DNA of 64,000 bases from a virus. A program made the position numbers and the translations under genes. The notes beneath the pieces were generated by a model. It ran no database searches and was not told the origin of the DNA. It saw only the letters and a list, made by a program, of their open reading frames with translations. The stretch lies in the IMG/VR virus record IMGVR_UViG_3300012928_000001, positions 41,164-105,163 of that record; one strand, 5' to 3'. This document shows positions 18,434 through 28,470 of the stretch, in pieces; positions within the stretch are counted from its first letter, which is position 1, and the number at the start of each line of letters is the position of its first letter.

Positions 18434-18781
18434 ATGCCCAAGTTGTACACGCTCAAGTCCCGGGCGAAGCGCATCCTCACGGTGCAGCTCCCCGCCAGCC
18501 TCGCGTCGCCGCGCTTCCCCGCGCAGACCCAGACCGTCTACCGCACGCGCCGGGTCCCGAAGTCGGACGAGCGCGTCGTGCGTGGCGAGGCGCACCGCTT
18601 CCCGCCCACGATGACCATCCTCCCCGGCGAGGCCCTCGACAACCTGCCCCAGACCATCGCCGAGCTCCCGGCGGTGCGAGCCCTCGCCCTGGGCCGCGAG
18701 CTCGTCATCATCGAGCAGACGCCCGCCCCCGCGCCCACCCGCGCCCCCTCGACTCGCCGCGTCCGTCGGCGCAAGGACTGA
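18434..18781 (+). CDS. Hypothetical protein
   Basis: Small ORF directly before sheath. Confidence 0.6.
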   Translation: MPKLYTLKSRAKRILTVQLPASLASPRFPAQTQTVYRTRRVPKSDERVVRGEAHRFPPTMTILPGEALDNLPQTIAELPAVRALALGRELVIIEQTPAPAPTRAPSTRRVRRRKD

Positions 18782-18784
18782 CCC

Positions 18785-21037
18785 ATGCCCGAGCTGCTTT
18801 CGTCCAAGATCATCATCCGCGAAGAGCCCCCGCAGATCCGCAGCATCACCGCGCTGCCCACCGCCGTCCTCGGCATGATCGGCATCACCCAACGGGGCCC
18901 CGTGGGCCAGCCGGTGCTCGTGCTGTCCTTCGAGGAATGGCGCAACACCTTCGGCGGCTACACCCTCACGAGCCGCGACACGATCGCCGCGGTCGAGGGC
19001 TTTTTCGAAGAGGGCGGCCAGTTCCTCTGGTTCACCCGGACGGTGCACTACACCGACGTCACCGACAACACCACGAGCACGTCGACGCGTGGCTCGGTCG
19101 ACCTGAGCACGCTGCTACTCGCGGCCCAGGGCGCCCAGGCCCTGAGCACCCTCGCCGGCCCCTTCTCGCTCCCCGACGGCGCCACCATCACCACGAGCGA
19201 GGACGGCAACGCCGCGGTCACCACGACGATCAACGGCGGCCCCGCGCAGGTCACCGCCGTGGCCGCGGGCAACGTCGCGCTCGCCGACGGACAGACGCTC
19301 ACCCTGCGCGTGAACAACGGGCCCGAGCAGACGCTCACCCTGCAAGCCGCGAGCTTCGCCAACATCGCCGCCGCGACCCCGGCCGAGGTGGCTACGGTGA
19401 TCTCCGCCTTCACGGGGGCCACGGGCGACGTCGATGGGACTTCGCCGCGCCTGTCCACCGACGGGGCCGGCAACGGATTCTCGATCCAGGTCACCGGCGG
19501 CACCGCCAACGCCGTACTGCAATTCCCGACCACCGTCCAGAACGGCACGGGCAACGTCGGCAACCTCGCCGCCATCTCGAACGCCGAGCTCATCTCGCTG
19601 GTCGAGGCCGCGACCACGGGCCTCTCGGGCTCGGAGATCAACAGCCGACTCGCCATCACCACCGACGCCACCGGGGCCGCCAAGACCCTGACCATCGGCG
19701 GCACTGCGGCGGCCACCCTCGGGCTCCCGACCGCCGAGCAGACCGGCGCCGACGCGGTGGCGGCTACGCCAACCCTGCGCGTCCAGGGACGCTGGGATGG
19801 GGCCTACACCGACGACCTCACGGTGAGCATCACCGCCGCGAGCTCGGGCGAGGCCGACCGCTTCAACCTCGTCATCCGCGAGAGCGGGGTCATCCGCGAG
19901 ACCTGGGCCAACCTGTCCATGCTCGACACGGACCCCAACTACGTCGAGACGGTGATCAACGCGGAGATCCCCGCGGGCTCGGTCTACATCACCGTGACCG
20001 ACCTCGACGCGGGCCTGGGCTCGCCCACCAACGACCGCCCCGCGACGCTCGCCAACACGGCGATCCCCGGCGGCGGCGACGGGCTCGTGGGCATCGCGGA
20101 CACCGACTTCATCGGCGATGTCGACGAAAAGACCGGTCTCTACGCCCTCGACGCGGACAACTCCCAGCCGATCACGCTGCTCGCCTCGCCGGCTCGCATC
20201 ACTGCGGTCGTGCACAACGCGATGTTGACCTACGCGGAGATCCACCGGAACGGCTCGATGCTCGCGCTCATCGACGCGCCCGCGGGGAGCACCGCCCAGG
20301 GCATCGTCGACTACGTGCGCGAGCAAGCGCTACTCGAAGGCGCGAGCGAGTTCGGGGCGCTCTACTGGCCCCACGTCCGCGTGATCAACCCGAACACCAC
20401 GCTGTTTGGGGATCAGGACTACATCACCATCCCCCCGTGTGGGCACGTGGCGGGCGCCATGGCGCGCACCGACGCGAGTCAGCCGGGCGGCGTATACCTG
20501 ACTCCCGCGGGGCAGGAGAACGGCCGGCTGCGGTCGATCGTGGGCTTCGAGATCCTGCCCGGTCGGCAGATCCCCGAGAGCTTCGACGAGACCAAACGCG
20601 ATCTCGTCGTGCCCGCGCGCGTCAACCCGCTCGACGCGAACGGAGGACTCCGCATCATCGACGGCGCGCGCACGCTCCGGGCCGACGGGTCCTTCCCCTT
20701 CGTGGGTGAACGCCGCGGCGTGATCTTCATCGAGCAGAGCGTCAAGGCGGGGATCGAGTTCGCTCGCTTCGCCAATCACGACGCCCGCTTGCGGGCCGAG
20801 GTGGCGCGCGTGATCGACAAGTTCCTCGCGGACCAGATGAGCGTCGGAGCCTTCCGCACGCGCAACCCCGAGACCGCCTACTTCGTCGACGTCGGCGAAG
20901 GCCTCAACCCGCCCAGCGTCGTCTTCAACGGCGAGCTTCGGGCGCGCATCGGGCTCGCCACGCAAAAGCCGGCCGAGTTCATCACCCTGACCTTCACCCA
21001 AGACACGCGCGCGCTCACCCAAGAGCTCTCGCAGTAA
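18785..21037 (+). CDS. Contractile tail sheath protein
   Basis: GITQRGPVG..SFEEW..FGG, GALYWPHV, IPPCGHVAG.MARTD, VNP, GARTL, KPAEFI. Confidence 0.95.
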   Translation: MPELLSSKIIIREEPPQIRSITALPTAVLGMIGITQRGPVGQPVLVLSFEEWRNTFGGYTLTSRDTIAAVEGFFEEGGQFLWFTRTVHYTDVTDNTTSTSTRGSVDLSTLLLAAQGAQALSTLAGPFSLPDGATITTSEDGNAAVTTTINGGPAQVTAVAAGNVALADGQTLTLRVNNGPEQTLTLQAASFANIAAATPAEVATVISAFTGATGDVDGTSPRLSTDGAGNGFSIQVTGGTANAVLQFPTTVQNGTGNVGNLAAISNAELISLVEAATTGLSGSEINSRLAITTDATGAAKTLTIGGTAAATLGLPTAEQTGADAVAATPTLRVQGRWDGAYTDDLTVSITAASSGEADRFNLVIRESGVIRETWANLSMLDTDPNYVETVINAEIPAGSVYITVTDLDAGLGSPTNDRPATLANTAIPGGGDGLVGIADTDFIGDVDEKTGLYALDADNSQPITLLASPARITAVVHNAMLTYAEIHRNGSMLALIDAPAGSTAQGIVDYVREQALLEGASEFGALYWPHVRVINPNTTLFGDQDYITIPPCGHVAGAMARTDASQPGGVYLTPAGQENGRLRSIVGFEILPGRQIPESFDETKRDLVVPARVNPLDANGGLRIIDGARTLRADGSFPFVGERRGVIFIEQSVKAGIEFARFANHDARLRAEVARVIDKFLADQMSVGAFRTRNPETAYFVDVGEGLNPPSVVFNGELRARIGLATQKPAEFITLTFTQDTRALTQELSQ

Positions 21038-21050
21038 TCGGAGCTGATCA

Positions 21051-21518
21051 ATGCCAGTCGTCGGAGCCCCTCGCGTTTTTGAGGATCGATTCAAGTACCG
21101 CGTCGAGATCGATGGGGTCGCGCACGCGGGATTCAACAAGTGCAGCGCCCTCGAAGCTGAGATCGACAAGATCGAGTACCGGGAGGGCGGGCGGCTCACG
21201 CCGCAAAAGAGTCCCGGGCTCGTCAACATTTCCGACATCACGCTCGAACGCGGCGCCGTCTCGTCGGATTCGGATCTCTACGATTGGTTCACGCAGGTCG
21301 TGGATCTCGTGGCGAACACCGGACAGATCGAGGACACCTTTCGGCGCAACTTCGACATCGTGGTGCTCGACCGGGACAACAACCCGATCAAGCGGTGGCG
21401 GTGCACCGACGCGTGGCCGACCAAGTTCACCGCGGGCGATTGGGACAACGACGCGAGCGAGCACAACATCGAGATGGTCGTGGTCACCATGAACTCGTTC
21501 CGTCGCGTGCCTGTCTGA
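21051..21518 (+). CDS. Tail tube protein (T4 gp19-like)
   Basis: FKYRVEIDG, IEYREGG, KSPGL...DITLERG, AWPTKF. Confidence 0.95.
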   Translation: MPVVGAPRVFEDRFKYRVEIDGVAHAGFNKCSALEAEIDKIEYREGGRLTPQKSPGLVNISDITLERGAVSSDSDLYDWFTQVVDLVANTGQIEDTFRRNFDIVVLDRDNNPIKRWRCTDAWPTKFTAGDWDNDASEHNIEMVVVTMNSFRRVPV

Positions 21519-21541
21519 GCCTCGCCGGCTCGTGGCGACCT

Positions 21542-21570
21542 AGGGCCTGCGAGAGCGGGCCCTTTGTCTT
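21542..21570 (+). terminator. Rho-independent terminator after tail tube gene
   Basis: AGGGCCTGC-GAGA-GCGGGCCCT-TTGTCTT. Confidence 0.7.
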
Positions 21571-21612
21571 GGGCTGCGCCAGCCCCCGACCGCGTGTATC
21601 ATTGCCAGCACC

Positions 21613-22431
21613 ATGGGACGCCAAATCACCACCACCACCCCGTCTGGACTCATCGCCACCGTGCGCGGCTTGAAGGGCGCCGAAATCAACCTCTTCGCCA
21701 ACAAGACCGAGGCCGAGCAGCGCAACGTCGGCATGGAGCTGCTCGACAGCATCACGCTCTCGGTCGAGGACGCGGGCCCGCTGTACGAGCTCGACGACAA
21801 GGGCCGCCCGGACTGGGAAAAGCTGATCGACGCCGATCGCTTTTGGCTCTACATGTTCGGGCGGATCGCCACCTACGGGGCCGACTACGTCTTCCGCTAC
21901 CAATGCGGCAAGGCGACGTGTCGGCATCGCTTCGGATGGGGCGTGCAGCTCGATCGGGACTTGAAGCAAAAGCAGCTGCCCGCAAGGAGCATCGAGCAGT
22001 TCCTCGAAGGGAACTGCTTTGGTCCGATCCACTTCGGCGACGACGAGATCCACTTTCAGCTGCTCACGGGTGAGATCGAAAAGGCCGGACTCGCCATGAA
22101 GAACCGGCGCCCCGACGAAGCGACTACGCTCACCGTGGCCAACCGGATCAAGGCCCTCAACGCCGACGAGTCAAAGGTCAACATCCACAATTGGGTGAAG
22201 GCGCTCGACCTGCTCGACCTGCTCGACCTGATCGACGAGCTCGATCGGGTCGACGGCGGCATCGACACGGACATTGAAATCCAGTGTCCCAAATGCGGGC
22301 ACATCCAGGAGGTGCGCCTCCCTTTGGGCGTCGATTTCTGGACCCCGGACAAGCGGCTGCGCTCGCTCGTGAAGAAGGGCGTGAAGATCCCGGAGGGCGG
22401 TGGGCATATCCGGCTGAGCTCGGATTCCTGA
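21613..22431 (+). CDS. Tail assembly chaperone / baseplate hub assembly-like protein
   Basis: Lies between tube and tape measure; two Cys-pair motifs; LPLGVDFW near C-terminus. Confidence 0.7.
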   Translation: MGRQITTTTPSGLIATVRGLKGAEINLFANKTEAEQRNVGMELLDSITLSVEDAGPLYELDDKGRPDWEKLIDADRFWLYMFGRIATYGADYVFRYQCGKATCRHRFGWGVQLDRDLKQKQLPARSIEQFLEGNCFGPIHFGDDEIHFQLLTGEIEKAGLAMKNRRPDEATTLTVANRIKALNADESKVNIHNWVKALDLLDLLDLIDELDRVDGGIDTDIEIQCPKCGHIQEVRLPLGVDFWTPDKRLRSLVKKGVKIPEGGGHIRLSSDS

Positions 22432-22667
22432 GCGTCTTTCCTCTCCCAGATCTCAAAGACTACTGGGAGATGGCGTTCAATCTCACCTATCAGCGATACC
22501 CCGGTTCAGGTACTACGCTTACCCTCGCCGATGTACACGCAATGGATTGGGATCAGATTCTGTGGTGGTCAAAGCGACTACGTCGCGCGTGGGATGAGGA
22601 AGTCTCCGCACTGAGTGGGCGCAAAGAACTCGATCAACTGAACGACGATCACCAACTAGACGAATGA
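22320..22667 (+). CDS. Second chaperone ORF (-1 frameshift extension, or separate start at ATG 22470)
   Basis: Open -1 frame overlapping the chaperone end and running up to the tape measure gene; candidate slippery C CCT TTG at 22320. Confidence 0.5.
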   Translation, partial: PFGRRFLDPGQAAALAREEGREDPGGRWAYPAELGFLSVFPLPDLKDYWEMAFNLTYQRYPGSGTTLTLADVHAMDWDQILWWSKRLRRAWDEEVSALSGRKELDQLNDDHQLDE

Positions 22668-22685
22668 CAGCAGAGGTGTGAGCAC

Positions 22686-25427
22686 ATGGCATTGAACGGA
22701 CTCGGCCTAGGGCTCACCTTTTCCGCGGCGGATCTTGCTAGCGGACCGATCCGGCGACTGACTCACTCGGTCGCTTCCTTGGACATCGCGTTGACGCGAG
22801 TGACCAAGCGGATCGCAGGATTCAACGCTTCGCAGCGCGGCATGGTCCGCGCTGCCCGTGGCGCCCAAAAGCGCATCAACGGCAAGACCGCGGCCCTGAG
22901 TCAGGCGAACGTGGTCATGGTCGAGCACGCCGCACGGACGCGGCAGGTTGCCCAAGCGCAGCGGGCCACGACGGGAAGCACCGGGGCGATGGTCAAGCGC
23001 TTCGGCACGCTTGCCGTGGCCGCGGGCGCGACGTTCCTCGCATTCCGTGCGGCGGATTTTGCGAGCAACTTCAATCAGCAGCTAGTCGCCACCCAAAAGA
23101 TCATGGGGGCGACGGACGAGCAGCTCGGCGCCATGGAGGAGAAAATCCTCGATGTCGGGTTGCGTACCAAGTTCTCCCCTGACGAGATCGTCGAGGGAAT
23201 GAAAAACCTTGGCTCTGCTGGCCTCGCTGCCGGGGAGGCCATGGCTGCCATCGAGCCCGCGGCCTTGCTCGCCACCGCCGGACAGATCGGGCTGGACAGC
23301 GCGAGCCGGGCGATCGTCGGTACCCTCAAGTCGTTCTCGCTCGAAGCGGACCAGGCGGGCATCGTCGCAGACAAGCTGGCGCGAACGACTCAGCTGTCCA
23401 ACTTGCAGGCCGCGGATTTCGAGATCGGCCTCTCGAAGGCGGCGGCGTCCATGGGTGCGTTCGAGCAGAGCATGGACGACACGCTAGTCGGCCTCGGTGC
23501 TCTGCGAAATGCCAACATTGATGCGAGCTCGGCGAGTACTGCCTTGCGCGAGTCGGTGCGTCGCGTGTTCGCGGACAAGCGCGCGCGGGAGCAGCTCAAG
23601 GGCTTGGGGATCGACGTCGACAAGCTCAATGAGAGCGAGCACGGCCTCATTGACACGATCTTTGAAGTCGACGCAGCGACCAAGGACATGACCAAATCGC
23701 AGCGCGATGCGAAGGTCGCTGCGATTTTCGGCGCGCGTGGCCTGCTCGCGTTCAACTCCATCTCGAAGCTCACTCACCGCACCATGCGGGACGGGCAAGA
23801 GGTAACGCTCAAGGGCGCCGAGGCCTTCGAGGTGATGCGCGAGAAGGTCGCCAACGCCGATGGCACCGTCAAGGATTTCAATGATGCGATGTTGGACACC
23901 TTCGAGGGTCAAAAGCAGATCCTCTCGGGCGCCGTCGACACGTTGCGTGTGGTCCTCGGCCAAGGGTTCGCGCGCGTCCTAAAGCCGGTTGTGCGATTCA
24001 CCGCCGAGTCGGTGGGCAAGATCGCCAAGTTCATCAAAGAGCTCTCGCCGCAGACCAAAGAAGCGGTAGCCAAGCTCGCCGGCTTCACCGGCGTCGTGCT
24101 CGGGCTCGTCGGTGCTGTCATCGCGGTGGGTGCTCCTGTGGCCGCTGTGATTGCCGGCATCGGTACCGCGGTGGTCGGGGTCAAACGCATCATCGATACC
24201 AACGTGGGCGGCATCGGTGATCGTTTCCGCGGGCTGCTCGCTAGCGCCAAGCTCTTTTTCCGCGGGTTCTCGCAGCTCATCACGGACGGCTTTTTGTCCG
24301 GCGAGACGCTGGCGTCGCTGCAAGAAGAGGAGAACGCCAATGTGCTGACCGCCCTTGTGCGGCTCGTGCAGATCGGCCATCGGATCCAGCGATTCTGGGG
24401 CGGAATTCAAGAGGGATTCAGGACCGCGATGGAAGGCGCCGCGCCGACCTTCGAGGCGCTACAGAACGCCTTCGATGAGCTGGGGAAAGCGCTTGGGTTT
24501 GCGGGTGATGAGTTCACCGCGATCAAGACTCCCAGCGAGCGCTTCGCCGCTGCGGGTCGAGTCATCGGGAAGATCCTCGCGCGCTTGGTCGAGGGCGGGG
24601 CACAGTTCCTCGTGTTTTGGCTTCGCTTCCGCGCCGGTCTCGTGAAGGGCGTCCGCACGGTGCTCACCGCTGCGCGTCCGGCCCTCGACAATCTGCGCGT
24701 CGCGTTCGGGCGACTCGTGGAGGCCGGCGGTAGCATCCTGCGCGTGCTCGGGCTCGTGGATGGTGGATTTGGGAAGTCGGGGGATACCGTCGACATGCTC
24801 GCCCAGGTTCTCGTTAGCCTGATTCAGTACGTGCTGATCCCGATGATCAATGCGTGGGCGTGGGTGTTCGAAAAGACGGCGAAGGTGTGGCGCGCCTTCG
24901 CTATCGGAATCGCCATCGTGCGCGCCCTGATCAACGCAGGGATTTGGCTCAAAGATACGATCGTCGACGGCATCGCGGGGGCCTTCGATTTCATCGCCGA
25001 AAAGGTGCCCGTGCTCGGAAAGGTGATCGACGTATTCGATCGCATCGTCGACCGCATCACCCAGGCCCGCGACCGCATCCGAGAGTTCCGGCAGCTCGTC
25101 AGCTTCGGCGGCGAGGGGGGCGTTCGAGACCAGGTCCGTGGGGCCATCGGCGCCCGCGTGAACACCTTCCTGGGCTCGGCGCTGGGGGTCGACCAAAACG
25201 CCGGAGCAGCCGCGTCAGCGGCCGGCACACAGCGCGCCCGCGAGTTCGCGGACCAGGCCCAGGCTCAGGCCTCGGCGCTCGCCCAGGAGATGCGGAAGAC
25301 CGCGGGCGGCGGCGAGAAGGCCAACGGGCAGGCGACCAACGTGACGCTCATGCTCGACAGCGAGGTTCTGCTCGAAGTTCTCACCAACGCGCAACAGACC
25401 GCGACCGCGGCCGGATTCGGAGGCTAG
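22686..25427 (+). CDS. Tail tape measure protein (TP901-like core)
   Basis: 913 aa, helical, Ala/Gly-rich; TKFSPDEIVEGMKNLGSAG, ASSASTALR, AIFGARG. Confidence 0.92.
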   Translation: MALNGLGLGLTFSAADLASGPIRRLTHSVASLDIALTRVTKRIAGFNASQRGMVRAARGAQKRINGKTAALSQANVVMVEHAARTRQVAQAQRATTGSTGAMVKRFGTLAVAAGATFLAFRAADFASNFNQQLVATQKIMGATDEQLGAMEEKILDVGLRTKFSPDEIVEGMKNLGSAGLAAGEAMAAIEPAALLATAGQIGLDSASRAIVGTLKSFSLEADQAGIVADKLARTTQLSNLQAADFEIGLSKAAASMGAFEQSMDDTLVGLGALRNANIDASSASTALRESVRRVFADKRAREQLKGLGIDVDKLNESEHGLIDTIFEVDAATKDMTKSQRDAKVAAIFGARGLLAFNSISKLTHRTMRDGQEVTLKGAEAFEVMREKVANADGTVKDFNDAMLDTFEGQKQILSGAVDTLRVVLGQGFARVLKPVVRFTAESVGKIAKFIKELSPQTKEAVAKLAGFTGVVLGLVGAVIAVGAPVAAVIAGIGTAVVGVKRIIDTNVGGIGDRFRGLLASAKLFFRGFSQLITDGFLSGETLASLQEEENANVLTALVRLVQIGHRIQRFWGGIQEGFRTAMEGAAPTFEALQNAFDELGKALGFAGDEFTAIKTPSERFAAAGRVIGKILARLVEGGAQFLVFWLRFRAGLVKGVRTVLTAARPALDNLRVAFGRLVEAGGSILRVLGLVDGGFGKSGDTVDMLAQVLVSLIQYVLIPMINAWAWVFEKTAKVWRAFAIGIAIVRALINAGIWLKDTIVDGIAGAFDFIAEKVPVLGKVIDVFDRIVDRITQARDRIREFRQLVSFGGEGGVRDQVRGAIGARVNTFLGSALGVDQNAGAAASAAGTQRAREFADQAQAQASALAQEMRKTAGGGEKANGQATNVTLMLDSEVLLEVLTNAQQTATAAGFGG

Positions 25428-25430
25428 ATC

Positions 25431-25958
25431 ATGTCACTCGACATTGCCAACTCTCGCCCCGAGCGACTGAACATCGCCAATCTACAGACCGGCGATGGCT
25501 ACTACATGCAGTTCAACCCTACGGAGTTGAAGCGGCAAACCGCGATCAACTACCAACGCCACGAGGTCATTGGGCAGTCCTACCGCCCGCTCGACTACAC
25601 GGGTACGAACAATCAGACGCTCTCGTTTTCGGTGTACTTCCGAGCCGAAAATCGCCAGCAACAGCAGGGGATGGAAGAGGTGATGCGCTTCCTCGAATCG
25701 CTCGGGTACCCGCCCGAGGACGCCGACGCGCTCGTCGAAGCTCGCCCGCCCCGATGCTTGATCGTGTGGCCGAACACCCTGTCGATCACCGCGGTGCTCA
25801 CCAACTACGATGAGACCCGCGAGATGTTCGATCTACAGGGCCGCACGATTCAGGCCACCGTGCGGCTGACCTGGGAAGAGGTCTCCATCGAGCGACTCAC
25901 CCAAGAGCGCATCCGTGAACAGGGCGCGCAGCGATCCACCCAGGATTGGAGGGGCTAA
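25431..25958 (+). CDS. Tube initiator / CIS tube-like baseplate protein
   Basis: MQFNPTELK, PPRCLIVW, MFD..G...ATV.LTW.E; follows tape measure. Confidence 0.75.
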   Translation: MSLDIANSRPERLNIANLQTGDGYYMQFNPTELKRQTAINYQRHEVIGQSYRPLDYTGTNNQTLSFSVYFRAENRQQQQGMEEVMRFLESLGYPPEDADALVEARPPRCLIVWPNTLSITAVLTNYDETREMFDLQGRTIQATVRLTWEEVSIERLTQERIREQGAQRSTQDWRG

Positions 25959-26302
25959 TGCCACCCCGCGAGAACAGCCGATACGCATTCACGACTGCGC
26001 GCCGAGACGCGGAATCGCAAAAGCTACTCCTCGGCCCACGCACCCCGTTTCGCTATGAGGCGCGAGCCGACAACCGCACGCACGTCGTGCAGTCCGGCGA
26101 CACGCTTTGGAACCTCGCGGCGCGCTACTTTCAGCCGCTCGGCGGGCTGCCCATTCGTAGCGCGGCGATGCTGTACTGGATCATTCAGGACTATCAGCCT
26201 GTCCCTATTCACGACCCAACTATTCGCCTGCAAGAGGGAACGACCCTCGTGATCCCGTCCGTTGCTTTCGTGATTGACCGAGTCTTCACCGAGGCCCAAT
26301 GA
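25958..26302 (+). CDS. LysM-domain baseplate protein (P2 gpX-like)
   Basis: HVVQSGDTLWNLAARY...LQEGTTLVIPS. Confidence 0.85.
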   Translation: MPPRENSRYAFTTARRDAESQKLLLGPRTPFRYEARADNRTHVVQSGDTLWNLAARYFQPLGGLPIRSAAMLYWIIQDYQPVPIHDPTIRLQEGTTLVIPSVAFVIDRVFTEAQ

Positions 26303-27831
26303 CCAACCCTCGCGCGCCATGGTACCAGGTCGTGCTGATCCAGACGGGGGCACAGCGCGGCGCGTTGCTCGACTTGACTAGCGATGTGAAGTCTTTTCAG
26401 TTCCAAGATAACGAACGAAAGACGGACAAGCTAAAGCTGACAGTCGACAATTTCGACCTGCGCAACTTCGACAACCCCGTGTGGCGTCATGGCGCACGCC
26501 TGCGCGTCGCGTTCGGCAACGGCATCTCGGCCGCCCCGGCGCGAATCATGGTGGTCAAGAAGGTCACCGGCGGGATCAATCTGAACGTCGAGGCGAACGA
26601 CCTCGCGGTGATGATGGACACCCGCAAAAACCGGAACGTGTATGAGAACATGACGCGCTCCGAAGTGGTGACAGAGATCGCCGCACGCTACGGATTCTCG
26701 GCGGACAACATTCAGGAGACCACCGAGGTTTTCGAGATCATGAATCAGGGCAACTTGAGTGACGCGGAGTACGTCCGAAAGCTGGCCCACTTGCAGGGGT
26801 ATCAGTTTTTCGTCGACTTCGACGGGCTGCATTGGCACGAGCGCCGCGCCGGCCAAGCCCCCATTCGCACGCTCCACTACTACGCCGCCGATCCGCGCAA
26901 TGAGGGCGACATCAAATCGTTCAACGTCGAGAACGACATCACCCGCAAGCCCGGGCGCGTGCGCGTGCAGTCGCGCGACCCGATGGAGCAGACCGAGATT
27001 GAAGCGGTCGCGGACAACACTACCGACACATCGCGCGATGTGCTCCAGCCATTGATGGGTGTGATCGACCCGGAGATCGGCGTGCTGACTACGCAATCCG
27101 ATGTCAGCTATGAGACCACCATCGCAAGCAACGTCCAGACCGCCGAGGACGCGGAGACCGAGGCCACCGGCAAATTCCGACTCGCCACACAACGCGCGGT
27201 CAAAATGAACCTGACGATTCGCGGCGCGCCGGAGCTGCTCGCAAAGTCGGTGGTCAACATCACCGGCATGGGCCGCCGACTCTCGGGCAAGTACTACGTG
27301 CGCAACGTGAGCCACACGATCTCAGCGGGTGGCGGCTATTCGTGCAACCTCAAGATGATCACAGACGGGTACCAAAGCGGGAACGGCTCGGGCGGGGCCG
27401 CGGGCGCGGACATCGAGTCGCTGCTACAGAGCTGCGTCGCGGAGCTCCAGGCTGCGCGCGCGAGCGTGCTTGGAGTGGGCCCCCTAGAGCAACAGGTCGC
27501 CCGCTCGATCGATCGGCTCATGCAGGCGCTGGGGGTCGTGGGCCAGGGCGCGGGCGCGGAGCAAGCCACCCTCGCGCTCGCGCAGGCAGCCAACGCAGAT
27601 CGGCTCGCGCAGGCCGGAGCCAACGCGGGCCTGTCCAACGTCACCGCCGCCGCTGCGAGCTGCGCGAGCGTGCTCCGGCAGCTCGCCACCCAGGCCGACG
27701 CCGAAGCCGAGGGCAACATCAACACGCGCGAGGAGGGCGACGCCGGGGCCAGGACCGCGGTCGCCGACATCGACGGCGAGACAGGCGAGCTCATCACGCG
27801 CTACATTGGGACGCGAGGCCGCGATGCCTAG
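26299..27831 (+). CDS. Baseplate hub protein (late control D / gp27-like)
   Basis: SDAEYVRKLA, GMGRRLSGKYYVRNVSHTISAGGGY. Confidence 0.85.
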   Translation: MTNPRAPWYQVVLIQTGAQRGALLDLTSDVKSFQFQDNERKTDKLKLTVDNFDLRNFDNPVWRHGARLRVAFGNGISAAPARIMVVKKVTGGINLNVEANDLAVMMDTRKNRNVYENMTRSEVVTEIAARYGFSADNIQETTEVFEIMNQGNLSDAEYVRKLAHLQGYQFFVDFDGLHWHERRAGQAPIRTLHYYAADPRNEGDIKSFNVENDITRKPGRVRVQSRDPMEQTEIEAVADNTTDTSRDVLQPLMGVIDPEIGVLTTQSDVSYETTIASNVQTAEDAETEATGKFRLATQRAVKMNLTIRGAPELLAKSVVNITGMGRRLSGKYYVRNVSHTISAGGGYSCNLKMITDGYQSGNGSGGAAGADIESLLQSCVAELQAARASVLGVGPLEQQVARSIDRLMQALGVVGQGAGAEQATLALAQAANADRLAQAGANAGLSNVTAAAASCASVLRQLATQADAEAEGNINTREEGDAGARTAVADIDGETGELITRYIGTRGRDA

Positions 27832-28468
27832 CCATCTGGACGTAGGAGACCCCACCGACGACCGCTTCCCCGATGTGCGGTACAACGGAATTTTCGAGGG
27901 GCAGGTGATCGAGAACCGGGACCCGCAGGGGCTCGGGCGCGTGCGCGTGACCGTGCCGGGCATCATCGATCGGCCGGGCTCCGCGTGGGCGTTCCCCACG
28001 GGCGGAGTCGGGGGCGGCACGGCCAAGCGCGGGGCCTTCGACGTGCCCCCCATCGGCGCCGCGGTCTACGTCTTCTTTCTCGCGGGCGACGTCGACAAGC
28101 CGCGATTCTTCGCCGGCCACTACGGCGCCCCCGGGGGCGAGCGCGAGACCCCGACCGAAGCCGCCAAGGCCTTCGACGAGGATGGGCCCGAGGGCGCGAC
28201 CCAGGTCAAGACTTGGGAGACGGAGAAGTTCGCACTGGTCTTTGACGACCGCGATCAAAAGTCGCGCTTTTACATCTACACCACGTCACGGGGGCAAGAG
28301 CTCGACGGCAACGCCCTGATGATCGAGCTCGACAATGAGCAAGGCACCATCGCCATTTCGGCAACCGCCGCTATCTCGCTGCGCACGCTCGGGCACGTCG
28401 AGATCGACGCGCTCACCTGCAACATCATGGGCCGCAAAGTGCTGCGAATCCCAGGCAAGCCGATCTAG
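27824..28468 (+). CDS. Baseplate spike protein (gpV / gp5 OB-fold)
   Basis: GQVIENRDPQGLGRVRVTVP, VPPIGAAVYVFFLAGDVDKP. Confidence 0.9.
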   Translation: MPSHLDVGDPTDDRFPDVRYNGIFEGQVIENRDPQGLGRVRVTVPGIIDRPGSAWAFPTGGVGGGTAKRGAFDVPPIGAAVYVFFLAGDVDKPRFFAGHYGAPGGERETPTEAAKAFDEDGPEGATQVKTWETEKFALVFDDRDQKSRFYIYTTSRGQELDGNALMIELDNEQGTIAISATAAISLRTLGHVEIDALTCNIMGRKVLRIPGKPI

Positions 28469-28470
28469 TC

